From: a virus | UHGV virus genome: UHGV-0115695 | Length of the DNA stretch: 42,066 bases | Direction: 5' to 3' (one strand) | In this document: positions 40,635-42,066 of the stretch, in pieces | How the letters are laid out: the number at the start of each line of letters is the position of its first letter | Position numbering within the stretch: position 1 is the stretch's first letter | Program-made: the position numbers and the translations under genes | The notes under the pieces: generated by a model | Told to the model about the DNA's origin: nothing | The model's input: the letters and a program-made list of their open reading frames with translations, nothing else | Databases searched by the model: none

Positions 40635-41495
40635 TTAAGAAAAGATTTTATTTTTGTACTCAGTAACCAGATTGTATTTCATTACATGCTCAACATAATC
40701 CCGGTCACTTACGACTGAACGTAATACATAATTATCTGCTCGATAGTACTCCCTGTAAGCCATAGCTCTTGCCATTCCACCGTTATTTAATACATAACGA
40801 TCAGTTGGAACGCTACAACGACTAATAATTTCACTCACGGAATCAGATAAAGACTTGAGTGCATCAGTAATAAATTTAATATCACGGACAACGTCACTGT
40901 CATTAAATACAGAAATAAAATCAGCAGGGATCTGGCCGGATTGAGGAAATATATTCAGTAAACGCTTATCGATTCCCTTCCCAATGTAGTTTCCTTCATC
41001 GGCCAGTACTCCCGGCAAAAGCTTGATCGTGCTCAATCGACTATGTTGTTCATTCAACCGGGAAACAGCCAGATGGTAATACCGTTCAGCATCCGCTCGT
41101 TCAGCATGCCCCATTTTATTCGTTTTGGCTTCAGCAATGCTACTGACGCCGTTTTTTGAGAATGTGCTTTTCCATGCAACTTCCGCATTTGTCACTTCAC
41201 GCTGCCGGAAAGATAACTCTTCCTCTTCCTGACGACACAACTGGGCATAACGGCTCAGGAGCAGGTTGATCTCATTCGCCACAGTTTCCGTATCAGGTAC
41301 TGTTAACCCCGTAAGTGAATACAGCTTTTCACCTTTAGCTCGCAGCTTATTCAGTGAATATATTTCAATAATACGCACAATACAGGCCGTGTCGCTATGA
41401 GTCTCTTTAAATGATCTTACTTTGTAACTATCTAACACCGACACATGTTCGTTCTTAATTGATGCCAATTTCTTCTTAAAAACATTGTCAACCAT
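40635..41495 (-). CDS. Hypothetical protein, possibly capsid scaffold-like by position and size
   Basis: 286 aa, immediately upstream of the gpN-like gene (P2 gpO is about the same size and precedes N); AT-rich; no motif recognised. Confidence 0.35.
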   Translation of the reverse strand: MVDNVFKKKLASIKNEHVSVLDSYKVRSFKETHSDTACIVRIIEIYSLNKLRAKGEKLYSLTGLTVPDTETVANEINLLLSRYAQLCRQEEEELSFRQREVTNAEVAWKSTFSKNGVSSIAEAKTNKMGHAERADAERYYHLAVSRLNEQHSRLSTIKLLPGVLADEGNYIGKGIDKRLLNIFPQSGQIPADFISVFNDSDVVRDIKFITDALKSLSDSVSEIISRCSVPTDRYVLNNGGMARAMAYREYYRADNYVLRSVVSDRDYVEHVMKYNLVTEYKNKIFS

Positions 41496-41512
41496 ATATT
41501 TGCCACCTCAAT

Positions 41513-41755
41513 TTAGGAGTTTAATTTTCTATTGAGAATATTCTTCTCTATCCATTCATTAACTTCATGCTCCACCCATGCAACAGAACGAGAACCGATA
41601 GAAACTTGGTTCGGAAATTCATCATTCTTTATCTTTAGATAAATTGTTGACTTGGGTAAGCCAGTCAAATTAATCACTTCTGATATTCTCAGAAGTCTAT
41701 ATCTTTTTTGGGGTGCGTTTTCCCGAGGCAATAAGCTCATGGCTATGTCCTTCAC
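41513..41755 (-). CDS. AlpA-family transcriptional regulator of the satellite
   Basis: 80 aa; RLLRISEVINLTGLPKSTIYLKIKNDEFPNQVSIGSRSVAWVEHEVNEWI HTH typical of AlpA; first gene of the minus-strand operon. Confidence 0.8.
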   Translation of the reverse strand: MKDIAMSLLPRENAPQKRYRLLRISEVINLTGLPKSTIYLKIKNDEFPNQVSIGSRSVAWVEHEVNEWIEKNILNRKLNS

Positions 41756-41871
41756 ATTAGATATTTATACTAAGACTTAATTAGTCTCTATTGGGTGTAT
41801 ATATACTTGCACAGAAGAATTAATACGTAAAGACTGGCACTTTCAAACTCATTCAAAGAATTTGAATACTA

Positions 41872-41901
41872 AATAATGGTGAATAATAGTTAATAATGGT
41901 G
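41872..41901. repeat. Three tandem 10-bp units AATAATRGTK upstream of the satellite alpA gene
   Basis: aataatggtg / aataatagtt / aataatggtg read consecutively; helically phased, in an AT-rich promoter region. Confidence 0.6.
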
Positions 41902-42012
41902 AGTATTACTGAGTGACAACCTTTGCCAATGCTTGTTAATCTCTGATAATAATGAAATTTGACGAATAATATATGTAACAATTTGTAAACTAAAGACTGC
42001 ATTAGGTTTGTT

Positions 42013-42062
42013 GGGGCTGGGCTGGGCTGGGCTGGGCTGGGCTGGGCTGGGCTGGGCTGGGG
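42013..42062. repeat. Hexanucleotide microsatellite, about 8 copies of GGGCTG
   Basis: Perfect period-6 array at the window edge. Confidence 0.95.
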
Positions 42063-42066
42063 AAGA

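Larger units (their letters stand above)
35055..42066. mobile_element. P4-like phage satellite module (partial; extends beyond window end; left limit uncertain, may include 32521-35054 and the integrase)
   Basis: Minus-strand operon AlpA, capsid-related genes, small ORFs, alpha-type primase, iterons and Ogr/Delta; composition differs from the prophage. Confidence 0.7.

Overview
This window reads as two adjacent mobile elements in an enterobacterial chromosome, with a low-GC two-gene cassette of unknown function at their junction. All calls were made by eye from the ORF track and from recalled protein families; no database search was run. (1) Positions 1 to about 32.5 kb are a mosaic lambdoid prophage. 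Its virion module is P22-like and sits on the minus strand: ejection proteins gp20 and gp7, gp14, a tail needle with a non-P22 C-terminal domain, gp10, gp4, coat, scaffold, portal and both terminase subunits. Its lysis cassette (S, R, Rz/Rz1), Q with the pR'/tR' late leader, cII and several nin genes are lambda-like, while cro, c2 and the operators are P22-type. The plus-strand early-left operon carries an N-like antiterminator, a recombination module (Rad52/Sak-like annealase, SSB, DEDDh exonuclease), small accessory ORFs, an AlpA-type xis and a P4-family integrase. Two freestanding HNH homing-endonuclease genes are inserted, one between scaffold and coat and one in the nin region. (2) Positions about 35.0 to 42.1 kb are a P4-like satellite module on the minus strand: AlpA, a putative scaffold-like protein, a P2 gpN-like capsid protein, three small ORFs, an alpha-type primase-helicase, a GTTACC iteron array and an Ogr/Delta zinc-finger activator. 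(3) Between them (32.5 to 34.4 kb) lies the most interesting feature: a tightly linked, low-GC pair of genes (293 aa and 316 aa) that I cannot assign to any family. It is convergent with, and overlaps, the integrase 3' end, which is the typical location of anti-phage defence cargo. Other points worth a second look are two different hexanucleotide microsatellites, a diverged duplication in the Q-S late leader, and a strongly acidic first gene after N.
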